IMG/VR virus record: IMGVR_UViG_3300027751_000012
Length of the DNA: 64,000 nucleotides
Reading direction: 5' to 3' (one strand)
Source of the DNA: an uncultured virus (IMG/VR IMGVR_UViG_3300027751_000012)
Taxonomy: Duplodnaviria > Heunggongvirae > Uroviricota > Caudoviricetes
The notes under the pieces: model-generated
The model's database searches: none
What the model was told of the DNA's origin: nothing
Seen by the model: only the letters and a program-made list of their open reading frames with translations
Position numbers and translations under genes: made by a program
Shown: in pieces, positions 19,447 through 30,030 of the stretch
Numbering within the stretch: position 1 is the stretch's first letter
Layout: every line of letters begins with the position of its first letter

Positions 19447-20446
19447 TAAGCTTTACCCTCAGTTCTTCTTGGAACGATTCGTTTTCTCTTACATAGTCAA
19501 CGAAAGCGTCTCGTCCTTGAACCTTATTGCCGTCTGGCAACAGGTACCAAGCACCAGTTCTCTCTACGTAACCATTCATCTCTGCTGTGTCTACAAGATC
19601 TCCAACCTCATCAATACCAATCATGTCGCCCCTAAAGTAGAAATCATACTCTGCAGACTCTCCAGGAGCAGAGGTCTTTGAATTTAGTACGTCCCAGCGT
19701 ACCTTGCGGCCAACCTTTTGCTCAATAAGCTTGTCTCCAACTTTAATCTTCTTTTTAATAGCCTGTCCGTCAGATGATGACGAGAATAGTTTTACAATAG
19801 TAGACGAAAAGAACTGCGTAGCATTTCCTCCAGTTGGTACAGCTTGTGTATAAGTTGGTGTAATATTGTTTCGTGCCTGAGAGATAGCAATAATTAGCGA
19901 TGGCTTCTCCTGGTTGTTTGCATAGTTAATCATCATCCATGCATGCTTTAGATCCTTAGACTCTGCACCAATCTGCTTAGTCTTGTCTAGATCCTTCAGC
20001 TCTGTAGAGTCCTTCTCAAAGTATACCGCTGGTAGTAGTGAACTAATTGAGTCAATAACAATTAGGTCTACTCCTGCATGCAATAGAGCGACTGTCACAT
20101 CAACCATGTCATTAATGCTTCTCGCCTCTGAGTAAATTAGCTGGCTCGTATCTACTCCAAGCTTTTTTGCCCACTCTTCATCGTAGGACATTTCTGCATC
20201 CACCCAAGCACACAGCTTTCCATCTTTCTGTGCCATACCTATTGTCTGTAGGCATAGGGAAGACTTTGCACTGGACTTGCTGCCCCACAGGAGTACCTGT
20301 CTACCGTACGGCAGACCGCCTCCTAAGGCCTTATTAAGACCTGGGCTAGGAGTAGCCTGGAATTCTGTTTTAATGCCCACAGCGGGCCCTAGACGCTTTC
20401 TAATCTTAGGATCTAGTAGTGCTAATGCTTCATCAATTGTTGTCAA
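19439..20446 (-). CDS. recA: RecA/UvsX-like recombinase
   Basis: ALGGGLPYGR, Walker A GSKSSAKS, WVDAE, VIDSISSL, ISQAR, TGGNA and GAWY. Confidence 0.9.
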   Translation of the reverse strand: MTTIDEALALLDPKIRKRLGPAVGIKTEFQATPSPGLNKALGGGLPYGRQVLLWGSKSSAKSSLCLQTIGMAQKDGKLCAWVDAEMSYDEEWAKKLGVDTSQLIYSEARSINDMVDVTVALLHAGVDLIVIDSISSLLPAVYFEKDSTELKDLDKTKQIGAESKDLKHAWMMINYANNQEKPSLIIAISQARNNITPTYTQAVPTGGNATQFFSSTIVKLFSSSSDGQAIKKKIKVGDKLIEQKVGRKVRWDVLNSKTSAPGESAEYDFYFRGDMIGIDEVGDLVDTAEMNGYVERTGAWYLLPDGNKVQGRDAFVDYVRENESFQEELRVKLNG

Positions 20447-23400
20447 TTATATCCTCCAATATAACGGTTCCATCTTTTGTTTTTCCAAAAGAAAATGTGT
20501 ATGCATTTCCTTCTTTGATCTTCATGTAAGCCTTTGCAAACGTAGTTGGGAATACTGTTACTGGGTGTAGCTCCCTAGAAGAGTCAGCCAAAGTCATTGA
20601 GGCCATCTTCTTTCCAGCCTTAGTGACCCTAGGGTTAAAAGACACAACGTACATCTGGTCATCCTTATATGGAAGTTGTTTGTAGTTTAGGTATCTAACC
20701 AAAGCTGACTCAGACTTGCCTAGCTCATCTATAGGAACATAACTAACAATCCTATTATCACTAGCCAGTAAAAGATACGTACGGCCTGGCTCGATAGCTG
20801 TCTGCTCTTCATCAAAGATTCCAACGCTTCCCGTCTTGTCCAATACCTCAACTCTAGACCATCCCTTCCCACGCTTGATTGACTTTACCATTCCCATAAG
20901 TACAAAGGCACCCTTCTCCTCGAACTCTTCTACATCATTGACAAATGCATAGAAGTGTTGTGGAACAGAAATATTAAACTCTGGAAGGTTCAGGTACTCG
21001 TATAAGTTTTCCCGAACCTCTTCCTCGTTTCTAGGATTATCATAAAATGTCGCTGCACCAATGAGTCTCAGGGATGACAATGATCTGGTGTTGACACCGC
21101 TACCCTTGTCTACTGTAAACTGCTCTAGCTCTGCATAAGAGGTGAATGGCCTACGTGCAATAAACTTCTCTGCAATATTGTCAGAGATATACTTGATTCC
21201 AGTGAGACCGAATCTGATCCCCTTGCCCTCAATCTTAAAGTCAGCATCTGAGTCATTAATGTGTGGAAGCTTGATGCTAATCCCCATACGCTTTGCCTCA
21301 ATAAGGTACTCGGTGCGTGCATCCTTGTCCTTCTCGTTCTTAAGGATAGAATACATAAACTCTAGAGGATAGTAAGTCTTTAGCCATGCCGTCCAGTACG
21401 ATAGCGTAGAGTACGCAACAGCGTGCGACTTATTGAACGAATACCCTGCGTGGGCTTCAAAATCATGCCATAGGTCAAGAGCCACATTAGGGCTGAGAAA
21501 CTTTGAAGCACCAGCAACAAAGCGGTCCTTAAATACGTCAAACTCTTTGGCATCTTTCTTCTTTCCAATGATCTTACGAACCTTGTCTGCCTCTGCCATG
21601 GACATGCCACCAAGCTCTGTACAAGCCTGCATAACCTGTTCCTGGTATAGGATGCATCCATAGGTCTCTGCTGTAAAAGCCTTCATTACCTGGTGGTGGT
21701 AGCTAATGTTCTGCTTACCATGCTTACGAGCAATGTAGTCTTTACCAATAGTATTAGCAGCACCTGGACGTACTAAGGCGTTTGACGCCGCTAGCTCTGC
21801 AAAATTCTTTACGCCCATCTTTACAAGAAGGTTTGTATATGGGGTTGCCTCACACTGAAAAACACCCTTTGTAAAGCCGTCAGAGAGCATCTGATAGACT
21901 TTTGGGTCTTCCATGTCTGTTGATAGCAGGTCTAGTTTTTTGCCGTGACGATCCTCAATAATATCTAGGGTATCTCTTAGAACTGACAAAGTCTTTAGAC
22001 CTAGTGCATCAATCTTAATTAGACCAATACGCTCTGCCTCCTCCATGTCTACCCCAACAACAGGAATACGCTCCTTGGTTCCTGGTGCAGTCCTGGTCTC
22101 CATTGGTGCAAACTTAAAAATGGGCTGCTTAGAAGTAACAACGCCAGCAGCGTGAATTCCAGTACCACGAATACGACCACGGAGTTGGTCTCCATATGCC
22201 TCAATTTCTGGATACTTTTCACGAAACCATGTTGCTTGCTTTGAGTAGCAGTAATCGTCCCAGGTGTCAATAACCTTTAGAACCTTGTTGACATCACTCA
22301 GTGGTATATGTAGTACACGTGCAATATCTCGTACAACACCCTTATCCTTGAACTGCAGGAATGTAGCAATAGAAGCTACGTGCTTGTACTGTCTAACTAG
22401 GTAGTCTTTTACCTCATCACGTCTAGAGTCCTGAATATCTGTATCAATATCAGGAAAGTCATTACGCTCAGGGTTAATGAACCTAAAGAACAGAAGACCA
22501 TGCTGAATGGGGTCAATGTCAGTAATCCTAAGTGCATAACAAAGAAGAGAGCCTGCTGCAGAACCACGTCCTGGCCCCACCATGATTCCTTCTTTTTTTG
22601 CCCAGGCAATCATGCTTCGCACTACTAGAAAGTAAGGACCAAAGTTCTTATCCCTAATTACCTTAAGCTCTTCGTCTAGCCTTGCAAGATATTCGTCTGT
22701 GTGTATCCCACGATCTTTCAGTCCTGCGACAGCTAGCTCGTATAGCTCTTTGTCTGGATCCTGATACTGCACTGGCAATAGATCTAGGTGATCCTTAATC
22801 TTATAGTCTTCTACTTTGTCCGCTACCTCTTGGGTTGCAGAATACATGTCTTCACGGTCAATCCCCTGGGCCTGCATAGCAGCCCTCATCTCTTCATCAG
22901 ATAGAAGGTGAATGTCGAACTTAGAAAAGCTAATCTGTCTTTCTCCATATAGATAGTCTAGACGATCCATAAGGTTATCGTACTTCTTGGACTTCTCGTA
23001 TGTGGCATCCTTCTCAACTTTGTTTGAATAGCTGTTCAGGATTAGCTTAAGCTCTTGGATTTCTTTTTGACCAGTGTGTGCGTGGTGGCAGTCTGGTGTC
23101 ACAATTGGTGTAACATCATACTTATCAGCTAACTCTAGTAACTGCTTGTTTACTTCTGGTGGATTGTGAGGCATAACCTCAATATAGAAGTCATCTTTAA
23201 ACACACGCTTGTGCCACTCGATAATACGCTTGGCTTCTGCAAGCTCTTCTGCCTCAATAGCTTTTGCTAGGGCACCAGAGAGACACCCAGAAAGAACAAT
23301 TAGTCCCTCCGAATGCCTCTCTAGAACCTCATAGTCAAAGCGTGGCTTCTTGAAGAATCCTTCAGTCCACGCAATTTCGTTGAGCTTATTCAGGTTTTCA

Positions 23401-23708
23401 AGTCCAACACTATTCTTTGCAAGCACAATAATGTGGTTATACACTAGGTCTAGTAGGCCGTCACGTACATCTGTAGCACGCTGGTCCTTCCTATCGTTAG
23501 TAATATACCCCTCAATACCCAATACTGGCTTGATGCCCTTTTCCTTAGCGATACGGTAGAACTCTCTGTGACCAGAAAGCGAACCGTGATCTGTAATTGC
23601 TAGGGAAGACATGCCAAGTTCTTTGGCACGTGTTAGGTACTCTTCTGGAGTTGCAATACCGTCGAAGAGTGAGAAATGTGTATGTACGTGAAGTCCGTTA
23701 TAGCTCAA
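20433..23708 (-). CDS. dnaE: DNA polymerase III alpha subunit (family C)
   Basis: PHP domain HVHTHFS and AITDHG; GPGRGSAAGS; PDIDTD; GIHAAGVV; YSFNKSHA. Confidence 0.97.
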   Translation of the reverse strand: MSYNGLHVHTHFSLFDGIATPEEYLTRAKELGMSSLAITDHGSLSGHREFYRIAKEKGIKPVLGIEGYITNDRKDQRATDVRDGLLDLVYNHIIVLAKNSVGLENLNKLNEIAWTEGFFKKPRFDYEVLERHSEGLIVLSGCLSGALAKAIEAEELAEAKRIIEWHKRVFKDDFYIEVMPHNPPEVNKQLLELADKYDVTPIVTPDCHHAHTGQKEIQELKLILNSYSNKVEKDATYEKSKKYDNLMDRLDYLYGERQISFSKFDIHLLSDEEMRAAMQAQGIDREDMYSATQEVADKVEDYKIKDHLDLLPVQYQDPDKELYELAVAGLKDRGIHTDEYLARLDEELKVIRDKNFGPYFLVVRSMIAWAKKEGIMVGPGRGSAAGSLLCYALRITDIDPIQHGLLFFRFINPERNDFPDIDTDIQDSRRDEVKDYLVRQYKHVASIATFLQFKDKGVVRDIARVLHIPLSDVNKVLKVIDTWDDYCYSKQATWFREKYPEIEAYGDQLRGRIRGTGIHAAGVVTSKQPIFKFAPMETRTAPGTKERIPVVGVDMEEAERIGLIKIDALGLKTLSVLRDTLDIIEDRHGKKLDLLSTDMEDPKVYQMLSDGFTKGVFQCEATPYTNLLVKMGVKNFAELAASNALVRPGAANTIGKDYIARKHGKQNISYHHQVMKAFTAETYGCILYQEQVMQACTELGGMSMAEADKVRKIIGKKKDAKEFDVFKDRFVAGASKFLSPNVALDLWHDFEAHAGYSFNKSHAVAYSTLSYWTAWLKTYYPLEFMYSILKNEKDKDARTEYLIEAKRMGISIKLPHINDSDADFKIEGKGIRFGLTGIKYISDNIAEKFIARRPFTSYAELEQFTVDKGSGVNTRSLSSLRLIGAATFYDNPRNEEEVRENLYEYLNLPEFNISVPQHFYAFVNDVEEFEEKGAFVLMGMVKSIKRGKGWSRVEVLDKTGSVGIFDEEQTAIEPGRTYLLLASDNRIVSYVPIDELGKSESALVRYLNYKQLPYKDDQMYVVSFNPRVTKAGKKMASMTLADSSRELHPVTVFPTTFAKAYMKIKEGNAYTFSFGKTKDGTVILEDIIDNN

Positions 23709-23716
23709 CCTAGCCC

Positions 23717-24370
23717 CTACCAGTCGATATTGGTAGAGGTTACGGATGGAGCATCAAATCCAAAGTAGAAGGACTCCTGCTCTGGATAAGGGATCTCCCT
23801 TACAACCTTTTCTAGGTTGTGGAACTCGTGAGTTGACCAGTCGTATGGCTCAGAGTCTGGTCCAGTTGGGATAAGAGTGTAGTTTGTCTCTGTTCCCTGA
23901 CCGTTACGCTTTAGCTTCCACGTAAGATTGGAAATGCTTCCAGTCTCTAGTGCATACTCACGAATGGTGTTAAATGCAGACTGCTTGCTTACACCCTGGG
24001 ACCATACAGCAATATATGGATCCTCTAGCCCGTCATCTACTAGCACGTTGCAGTAGAAGCGTAGCTTTGAACGCCAGCCAGCCTTTGGCTCCTTACGGGC
24101 CATCTCGCAAGCAAAGCAGCGACCCTCAGACTCCTGAGTACATGCTGCCATACGCTTGTAGTCTTTGGGATTTGTGTGCTGTGCAATGACTACAGAAAGT
24201 CCACGCTCTTCTGCATAGTGAGCAGACTCAGAATCTAGCTCTTCTGCAAAACGAATCTTAGCGGACTGTCCGTCTGCTAGCTTTACCCAACGAACCTTTG
24301 GACCGCTGGAGTCATACTTTGGCTTATCAAGCAGTGCATTGATATCTTTTAGCCCTTTAATTACGCTCAT
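23717..24370 (-). CDS. single-stranded DNA-binding protein (gp32-like)
   Basis: Located between primase and polymerase; H...C...CFAC zinc ligands; KRNGQGTETNY; acidic/aromatic tail. Confidence 0.65.
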   Translation of the reverse strand: MSVIKGLKDINALLDKPKYDSSGPKVRWVKLADGQSAKIRFAEELDSESAHYAEERGLSVVIAQHTNPKDYKRMAACTQESEGRCFACEMARKEPKAGWRSKLRFYCNVLVDDGLEDPYIAVWSQGVSKQSAFNTIREYALETGSISNLTWKLKRNGQGTETNYTLIPTGPDSEPYDWSTHEFHNLEKVVREIPYPEQESFYFGFDAPSVTSTNIDW

Positions 24371-24392
24371 TTTTTCTCCTTGTTTTGTTTAT

Positions 24393-25337
24393 TTATTGTA
24401 GCATGGCGGATATTGACTTGTCAAACGATATGTTGAGCTTTTTTATTTCGTCGTCATTCATTTCGCCTATATCTTTGTATTGTTTGTCTAGTTGAATCAC
24501 GGTTACACGAGAACTAAGCTTTTCATAGATCCTGGTCTTCATGTTACCGCCTGCTTCATCATTGTCTGCAACAACATAAATGTTATTGAAGTATTTTTGT
24601 AGCAAGTCTATTTGTAGGTTTGACACGTTAGCTCCCAGGGTGGCGACTGCAGGAAGCCCACACTGGTCTAGCCTAATTGCATCGAAAGAAGATTCTACCA
24701 CATAAATCGTATCTTCGTTTCTAACTCTATGCAAGTTAAAGAGTACTTTTGCTTTTGGTAGTCCTGGAGTATTTTTAAAAACCTTGCCCTCTACAGACCT
24801 GCCCACAAAACCAACTGGCATGCCGTCAGGTGCACTGACTGGTACAGTAACCATGTCTTGCTTGGAGGAGTATCCTAGCTTAAACTTAGACATAGACTCT
24901 TTGGTTATACTCCTACCTGCAAAATATTCTAAAGCCCTAGGGCTAGACAAGGCTTCATTGTTTAACCTAAGAAGAACTTCCTTGTCGTATGGAACATAGT
25001 CTGGCTTTACTACCAAAGCTTTGGCGACATCTTCTTGAATATTGGTCTGCTGTTCTCTAGCCTTAATAAATCTAATTGACTCGAAGTAGGATCTGCCTGT
25101 TGCATGCATAACCAGCTCTGTAAGGCTAGCCACATGGTGGCAAGAAAAGCAAAAGAAGGTACCTTTAAATTTATCTACTTCTCCTGCTGGAGTTCTGTGG
25201 TTTGGGTGAAATGGGCAAAACAGGATATAGTCAGTATCAATCTCTGTCTCTACTGTGAGGCCGCTGCCTGTGAGTACACGCTTGATTTGATCTGGTGAGT
25301 ATGTATCGCTCTTGATCCGTCTAGTCCTAGTATCCAT
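24393..25337 (-). CDS. dnaG: DNA primase
   Basis: CPFH...CFSC zinc finger, GFVGR, Toprim VVESSFDA and DNDEAG. Confidence 0.9.
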   Translation of the reverse strand: MDTRTRRIKSDTYSPDQIKRVLTGSGLTVETEIDTDYILFCPFHPNHRTPAGEVDKFKGTFFCFSCHHVASLTELVMHATGRSYFESIRFIKAREQQTNIQEDVAKALVVKPDYVPYDKEVLLRLNNEALSSPRALEYFAGRSITKESMSKFKLGYSSKQDMVTVPVSAPDGMPVGFVGRSVEGKVFKNTPGLPKAKVLFNLHRVRNEDTIYVVESSFDAIRLDQCGLPAVATLGANVSNLQIDLLQKYFNNIYVVADNDEAGGNMKTRIYEKLSSRVTVIQLDKQYKDIGEMNDDEIKKLNISFDKSISAMLQ

Positions 25338-25582
25338 TCGCTCTTTCTTTTCCCTAAATAAGTTCCATATACCGATAATTCAAATTCAAAATATTGTGCT
25401 TTTTCATTATAGCTTGTTGTGAAGTCTAAGTCAACATCCAATCTTGGAACATATCCAGACATTCGCATGCTTGTCCATAATAGCCTAACGTATTCAGCCT
25501 TCAGACGCATGATCTGAGAATCATCATGGATGATTCCTTCTAGGCTAAACCTTTTAATAGGCCTATGATGTACGTAACTCAT
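25250..25582 (-). CDS. hypothetical protein
   Basis: 110-aa ORF with TAGTATAAT 6 nt upstream of the ATG. Confidence 0.65.
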   Translation of the reverse strand: MSYVHHRPIKRFSLEGIIHDDSQIMRLKAEYVRLLWTSMRMSGYVPRLDVDLDFTTSYNEKAQYFEFELSVYGTYLGKRKSEWILGLDGSRAIHTHQIKSSVYSQAAASQ

Positions 25583-25588
25583 ACAACC

Positions 25589-25597
25589 ATTATACTA
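25589..25597 (-). promoter_or_regulatory. -10 box TAGTATAAT, leaderless spacing
   Basis: 6 nt before ATG at 25582; overlaps the helicase stop codon. Confidence 0.6.
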
Positions 25598-26815
25598 GTT
25601 ATCTTCAAAATCTTTGTACTTATAGTAACCTTTATCAAAGTCAGCCTGCACAAAGAACTCACCCATAAATCCGTTACGGTTCTTCCTAAACACACACTCA
25701 ATAACGTCTGAGTTAGGTCCACGCCCTAGAGCCATTACCCAGTCGGCATCGTAGGCTATCTGACGGCTCCAGGCAGTCTGACCTAGGGTTGGAACGGTAT
25801 CTAGCTTTGTAACGTCATCTGGAGTCGCTGAGGAGATAGCTATGATTGGTACCTCTTCTGAGATAGCCATAAGCTTAAGCTCACGAGAAAGATTCTTCAT
25901 CCTAACAGTTTCGCTATCTGCCTTTTGATTAGGAGACATTAGCTGTAGGTAGTCTACGATAATAAAGTCAGGCTTGTACTGGTCAATCTTTCCACGAAGA
26001 ACAGAAGGAGTCACCTCGCCACCTGAGTCATTTGAGATGATGTGAAACTCTGGCTTTCCTTGTACCTTTTCCTTATGCCACTTCTTAAGCATATCTAGAT
26101 CTACCTGACCTGAGCTTAGCTTACGGTGTGAGAATAGACCATCACCCATAATCGTAAATACACGGTTACGAACTTCTGTCTCGCTCATCTCAAGACTTAC
26201 TACCATTGGAGACTTGCCCTGTTTCCATGCCTGTACCGCAAAGTATAGGGATAGCCACGACTTACCAATACCTGGATAAGCTAGGAATACTCCAAGCTGT
26301 CCTGGCATAATGCCAGCTGGAAGGTAGTCATCAAAGCCTGGTAGGCCAGTCTTAATTCCAGTTATGCCAAGTTCTGCAAGCTCTTTCTGTTGTTCGTAAT
26401 ATGCAACTGCAGACTCTAGGTCTGTGGCATCAATATCTCGAATTGCTGCTGAGCCTTTCTTGAGCTCTGCAGTTTTAGAGATTAGCATTTCTAGTGCTTC
26501 TGTAGTTTTATTAGCCTGAATGTCGCCTGCAGCAGTTCTTAGAACCTCTTTAAGACTGTTATGCATAAACTCTGACTGAAGCTCTTCTAGGTGGTGCTTC
26601 GTAGCTCCGACACCCTCTTCTGGGTGAAAGTCTCTAAACTTGTCTACGACTAAATCTACTGGTGGGGTAGCACCATTTTTTTCAAAGTATGTTCTGATGA
26701 ATTGCCAGATATCTCCGTGGCTTGACATCAGATTGTCTACGTTTGCCTGAAGCAGCACGTGGACCTGCTTATCCTTAAGGACAGCTGATATTAGTTTGGA
26801 TTCTGTATTACTCAC
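25595..26815 (-). CDS. dnaB: replicative helicase
   Basis: AYPGIGKS, SLEMS, IVDYLQLM, SRELKLMA, DAD and KNRNG. Confidence 0.93.
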   Translation of the reverse strand: MSNTESKLISAVLKDKQVHVLLQANVDNLMSSHGDIWQFIRTYFEKNGATPPVDLVVDKFRDFHPEEGVGATKHHLEELQSEFMHNSLKEVLRTAAGDIQANKTTEALEMLISKTAELKKGSAAIRDIDATDLESAVAYYEQQKELAELGITGIKTGLPGFDDYLPAGIMPGQLGVFLAYPGIGKSWLSLYFAVQAWKQGKSPMVVSLEMSETEVRNRVFTIMGDGLFSHRKLSSGQVDLDMLKKWHKEKVQGKPEFHIISNDSGGEVTPSVLRGKIDQYKPDFIIVDYLQLMSPNQKADSETVRMKNLSRELKLMAISEEVPIIAISSATPDDVTKLDTVPTLGQTAWSRQIAYDADWVMALGRGPNSDVIECVFRKNRNGFMGEFFVQADFDKGYYKYKDFEDN

Positions 26816-27116
26816 TTAACCACTTCTTCGCTTGTTGTCTGCGTTGTTTACGCTCTTCTAGATCCTGCTTATACTGTTGCTGACGATTAATAATATCCTG
26901 AGCATAATGTGCAAAGTATTTCCAGTTGGGACTTGGTGCTACACTAAAATAATATTCTAGCAGATCGTAGCATTCTTGTAAACCGTATGAGTCAACTAAG
27001 GCATCTGCTGCCCATTGCTCAACATTTAAATTGACTTGCGGTCTTTCCTCATACCTTGCAGTATGAAGTTTACTGTAGCGACTCAGCAAGGCAAAACGTT
27101 CCTTGCGATCAGCCAT
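26808..27116 (-). CDS. hypothetical protein
   Basis: 102-aa ORF overlapping the dnaB start. Confidence 0.7.
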   Translation of the reverse strand: MADRKERFALLSRYSKLHTARYEERPQVNLNVEQWAADALVDSYGLQECYDLLEYYFSVAPSPNWKYFAHYAQDIINRQQQYKQDLEERKQRRQQAKKWLSE

Positions 27117-27325
27117 TACTTACTCTCTAGCTCCGCAGAGGCCTCTTGTACCTTCTCTGACAGTTTAGTCTCTACGTACTCGTAGATTCTGGTAAATGCC
27201 TGATCTGTATTCTCGCCTTCACGCTTGCTATCTGTAATCTCTAGGTCAATACGCAATGACTGAAAATTTCCTAGATTTAGGGTGTAGCCAAGTGCTACCC
27301 TTACCCTGGTGTCTTCGTTATTCAT
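27116..27325 (-). CDS. hypothetical protein
   Basis: LGYTLNLGNFQSLRID motif; 69 aa, translationally coupled to its neighbour. Confidence 0.7.
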   Translation of the reverse strand: MNNEDTRVRVALGYTLNLGNFQSLRIDLEITDSKREGENTDQAFTRIYEYVETKLSEKVQEASAELESK

Positions 27326-27340
27326 ACCCGATTCTCTCTC

Positions 27341-27889
27341 TTAAATTGATTCAGACCAAACTGGAATGAATCTCCCATCTTCTGTTCTCGTATAAGTCAG
27401 TATACCATCGCCCATACGCCTTGTCAACTCCTGATTGGATGGTGTTATATCATTAGTGATAAGTCCATCTTTGCGAGGTCTTCCCATATGGTAGGTAGCT
27501 AGTATATCACGAATTTCTCTCACCTGTGTCTCAGAATAATAACTTCTTACTTGCCACGCCGTCTGTCCTCCCTTTTGTGATCCAGTTGGATGAGGAATAA
27601 CTCCACGCTTCATTAGACTTGGCATATACTTCTTGTGTCTGTTTACTAGGTCTGCTGTTTCACCAACAGTGTACGCACGTTTTCTATTCTTTTTAAAGTC
27701 CGAGATAAGACAGCTTTCAATTCTATCTTGAATAATATTATAAACAGACATAATTCCATTAGACCTGTTAAGATGATGAACCCGTACCAAATCTCCATTT
27801 AAAAACCATACCTTTTTATTTCCAGGAATTATTGGGGCCTCGTTATATTCTTCACGAGTCCTATACCCACGCTTTGGATTGGGAGCCAT
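27341..27889 (-). CDS. MerR-like HTH DNA-binding protein
   Basis: YTVGETADLVNRH...KRGVIP...RSYYSE. Confidence 0.55.
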   Translation of the reverse strand: MAPNPKRGYRTREEYNEAPIIPGNKKVWFLNGDLVRVHHLNRSNGIMSVYNIIQDRIESCLISDFKKNRKRAYTVGETADLVNRHKKYMPSLMKRGVIPHPTGSQKGGQTAWQVRSYYSETQVREIRDILATYHMGRPRKDGLITNDITPSNQELTRRMGDGILTYTRTEDGRFIPVWSESI

Positions 27890-27898
27890 GGGTTCCTA

Positions 27899-28339
27899 CT
27901 AGTTAGGCACACCAATTGCGATTAAGTTAACAGAAATAGATACCTCACCAGATGTTCCAAATCTAACAATGCCCTCAATTCTGGCATTGCTTACTGAAGT
28001 AAGAATTACTGTAACATTTTTACCTGCTGGGGTGTCTCCGATATTTACTGCCGTTGCCGTTGCAATCGGTGCGTATTTAAAGTCTGCTGGAAAGTCATAA
28101 AAGAATGATCGCTCGTTACCAGCTGTAACAATACTGTTGTTGGTCACTGGGATAATACCGCCAAGAACCTTTGAGTCAGCTGTCCTTAGGGTCTGTTTAC
28201 CAACTGCAGTATCAATTGTTGTATACTTTGCAGTAGATGGAGATACCTGTGCAGACAGATCATTGATAGCATTAGCTAGCTGATAGACATATGCAAGGTC
28301 TAGCGGTTGTCCTCGCTCTGGTAGTGGAATAATGGCCAT
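27899..28339 (-). CDS. putative minor tail/structural protein
   Basis: Last gene of the tail module; beta-rich, ending NLIAIGVP. Confidence 0.55.
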   Translation of the reverse strand: MAIIPLPERGQPLDLAYVYQLANAINDLSAQVSPSTAKYTTIDTAVGKQTLRTADSKVLGGIIPVTNNSIVTAGNERSFFYDFPADFKYAPIATATAVNIGDTPAGKNVTVILTSVSNARIEGIVRFGTSGEVSISVNLIAIGVPN

Positions 28340-28345
28340 GGTTTA

Positions 28346-28354
28346 ATTATACCA
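28346..28354 (-). promoter_or_regulatory. extended -10 TGGTATAAT, leaderless spacing
   Basis: 6 nt before ATG at 28339; includes the upstream TAA. Confidence 0.65.
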
Positions 28355-28811
28355 CATTCAAGTCTAGCACGCTAGTCTGAGCAACAACTAAGGACGGCAG
28401 CTGCTTTCTTGGCACAGTCATGTTTTGAATAAAGACTTGTGCAGAAACCTTTCCATCTGGGATTGGTATAGTGACATAGTTTCCAGCTACAGTAGCTTTA
28501 AACTCTGACAAGCCAGTGCTTCCAGACTGCGTACCCCAAGCAACCCACACATCATAAGGTGCGATTGATCCTGGCTCAAGCTCTTCCCAAGATATAGCCA
28601 ATAGTCCATTGCCACTAGTGACAGAGATCCTGTCGTCCTCGGCAATCTCAAGTGGCTTTGGCTCAAGAAGGTGCTGTGGTGACCAGTGAGAAACCCTGTT
28701 CTTGTCTTCCGACACTATCCTAAATCTTACAACATACTTCTCTTCATCTGTGTTTAGAGGCGGCAGCTCTGACTGACGAATAATGATTTTTTTAATATTG
28801 CTATCGGCCAT
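28347..28811 (-). CDS. putative tail/baseplate protein (FN3-like)
   Basis: YVVRFRIVSEDKNRVSHWS motif; tail module context. Confidence 0.55.
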   Translation of the reverse strand: MADSNIKKIIIRQSELPPLNTDEEKYVVRFRIVSEDKNRVSHWSPQHLLEPKPLEIAEDDRISVTSGNGLLAISWEELEPGSIAPYDVWVAWGTQSGSTGLSEFKATVAGNYVTIPIPDGKVSAQVFIQNMTVPRKQLPSLVVAQTSVLDLNVV

Positions 28812-30022
28812 TACGCTACATCCATTGCAAATCTAAATTCCACAAGGTTGGCAGTGTTTGGTGCCTTTAAGATTGGGAGTCCTGAGTCTGTCTTTGTTAC
28901 TGTGTACCCTGTTAGTCCATAGACTGGGCTTACGGAGTTCAGGTTTTCTACACGCATAGCGTCAAGTGCTATGTAGTAGTCTGATGAGAAGTCTCCTCCG
29001 CTTATGGCAGATGCATAAATCTTAACTACGCTCGCTCCCTGCCAGGAAAACTCTGAGCTTTTGTCTAACTCTTCCAGCCTTTTGCTTACAACAAAATATC
29101 TGTTATTAGCAAAATCACTTGTAGTAGATAGAAGGTGAGTCTTGAATCTGGCATACTGCTGGGTTCCGCTGCCTTCTGGCGTAGCAAACTCCACTATAAT
29201 TTTAATATCTGTTGGGGCAGTGCTGTCTGCATTCTTATTAATAACTGAGAATGCGAGCCTGAGCTCATCCTTTGCAGAGTACTTATCCAGATCAAGCTGG
29301 ATGCCATTTAAGTGAATATGAGTTGGATCGTAGTCAACGCTTTCTGGATCTGACTCTACGTAGAGATTATCTCCAGTTCCAAGCACTGACGATGTGTCTC
29401 CACGCATAAATATTACGCTATTTAAAAACCTTGGTCTTTCGTTTCTTTGAGTTCTTACCGTGTCATCAAGCACGATGTCGTCTGCATTTGCCTGGAAAAC
29501 TTTCTCTTCAACATTGATACTCGACTCCAATCCTCCAGGAGTTCCGTCTGCAAGGTTATAGAGAGTATCTGGGTGTACAGGAATGTCAGTTGCAGAAACG
29601 CTAGTGTGGTACTCCCAGTTTTCTGTGTTAGTAAATGTATAAATATTTCTACTTTGATTAGAGCTTGTTACTGGGTTTGTTCCTGCAGAGTATAGACCAA
29701 TCTCCGTAATCTCATATCTTTCTGAAGTTGGTAGCTCTGATGTAAAAACTATCTCGGTATACTGTACTGGGTTTCCATCGCCGTCAACCGTAACGTCACC
29801 GTTCTCGTCTAAAACATTTTGAGTAACATATCCTCTAGAGATAATAGGTGCCCTAAACATCTCAAAGTCTAGGCTTTCCTTCTGCTCGTATGATGATAGG
29901 TTAAAGTTATCTGATGTAGATAGCGGTGCTGCACCACAGCCAAAAGCCAAATATGATGCGTATGACGGAACGTGGCCAATCAAGTACTTGGCTAGAATGT
30001 CTTTTCCTGTGTTAGTTATCAT
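28811..30022 (-). CDS. putative baseplate/tail protein
   Basis: MITNTGK..., YLAFGCG and ITEIGLY motifs typical of tail-fibre-attachment/baseplate proteins. Confidence 0.6.
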   Translation of the reverse strand: MITNTGKDILAKYLIGHVPSYASYLAFGCGAAPLSTSDNFNLSSYEQKESLDFEMFRAPIISRGYVTQNVLDENGDVTVDGDGNPVQYTEIVFTSELPTSERYEITEIGLYSAGTNPVTSSNQSRNIYTFTNTENWEYHTSVSATDIPVHPDTLYNLADGTPGGLESSINVEEKVFQANADDIVLDDTVRTQRNERPRFLNSVIFMRGDTSSVLGTGDNLYVESDPESVDYDPTHIHLNGIQLDLDKYSAKDELRLAFSVINKNADSTAPTDIKIIVEFATPEGSGTQQYARFKTHLLSTTSDFANNRYFVVSKRLEELDKSSEFSWQGASVVKIYASAISGGDFSSDYYIALDAMRVENLNSVSPVYGLTGYTVTKTDSGLPILKAPNTANLVEFRFAMDVA

Positions 30023-30030
30023 TTTTTCCT

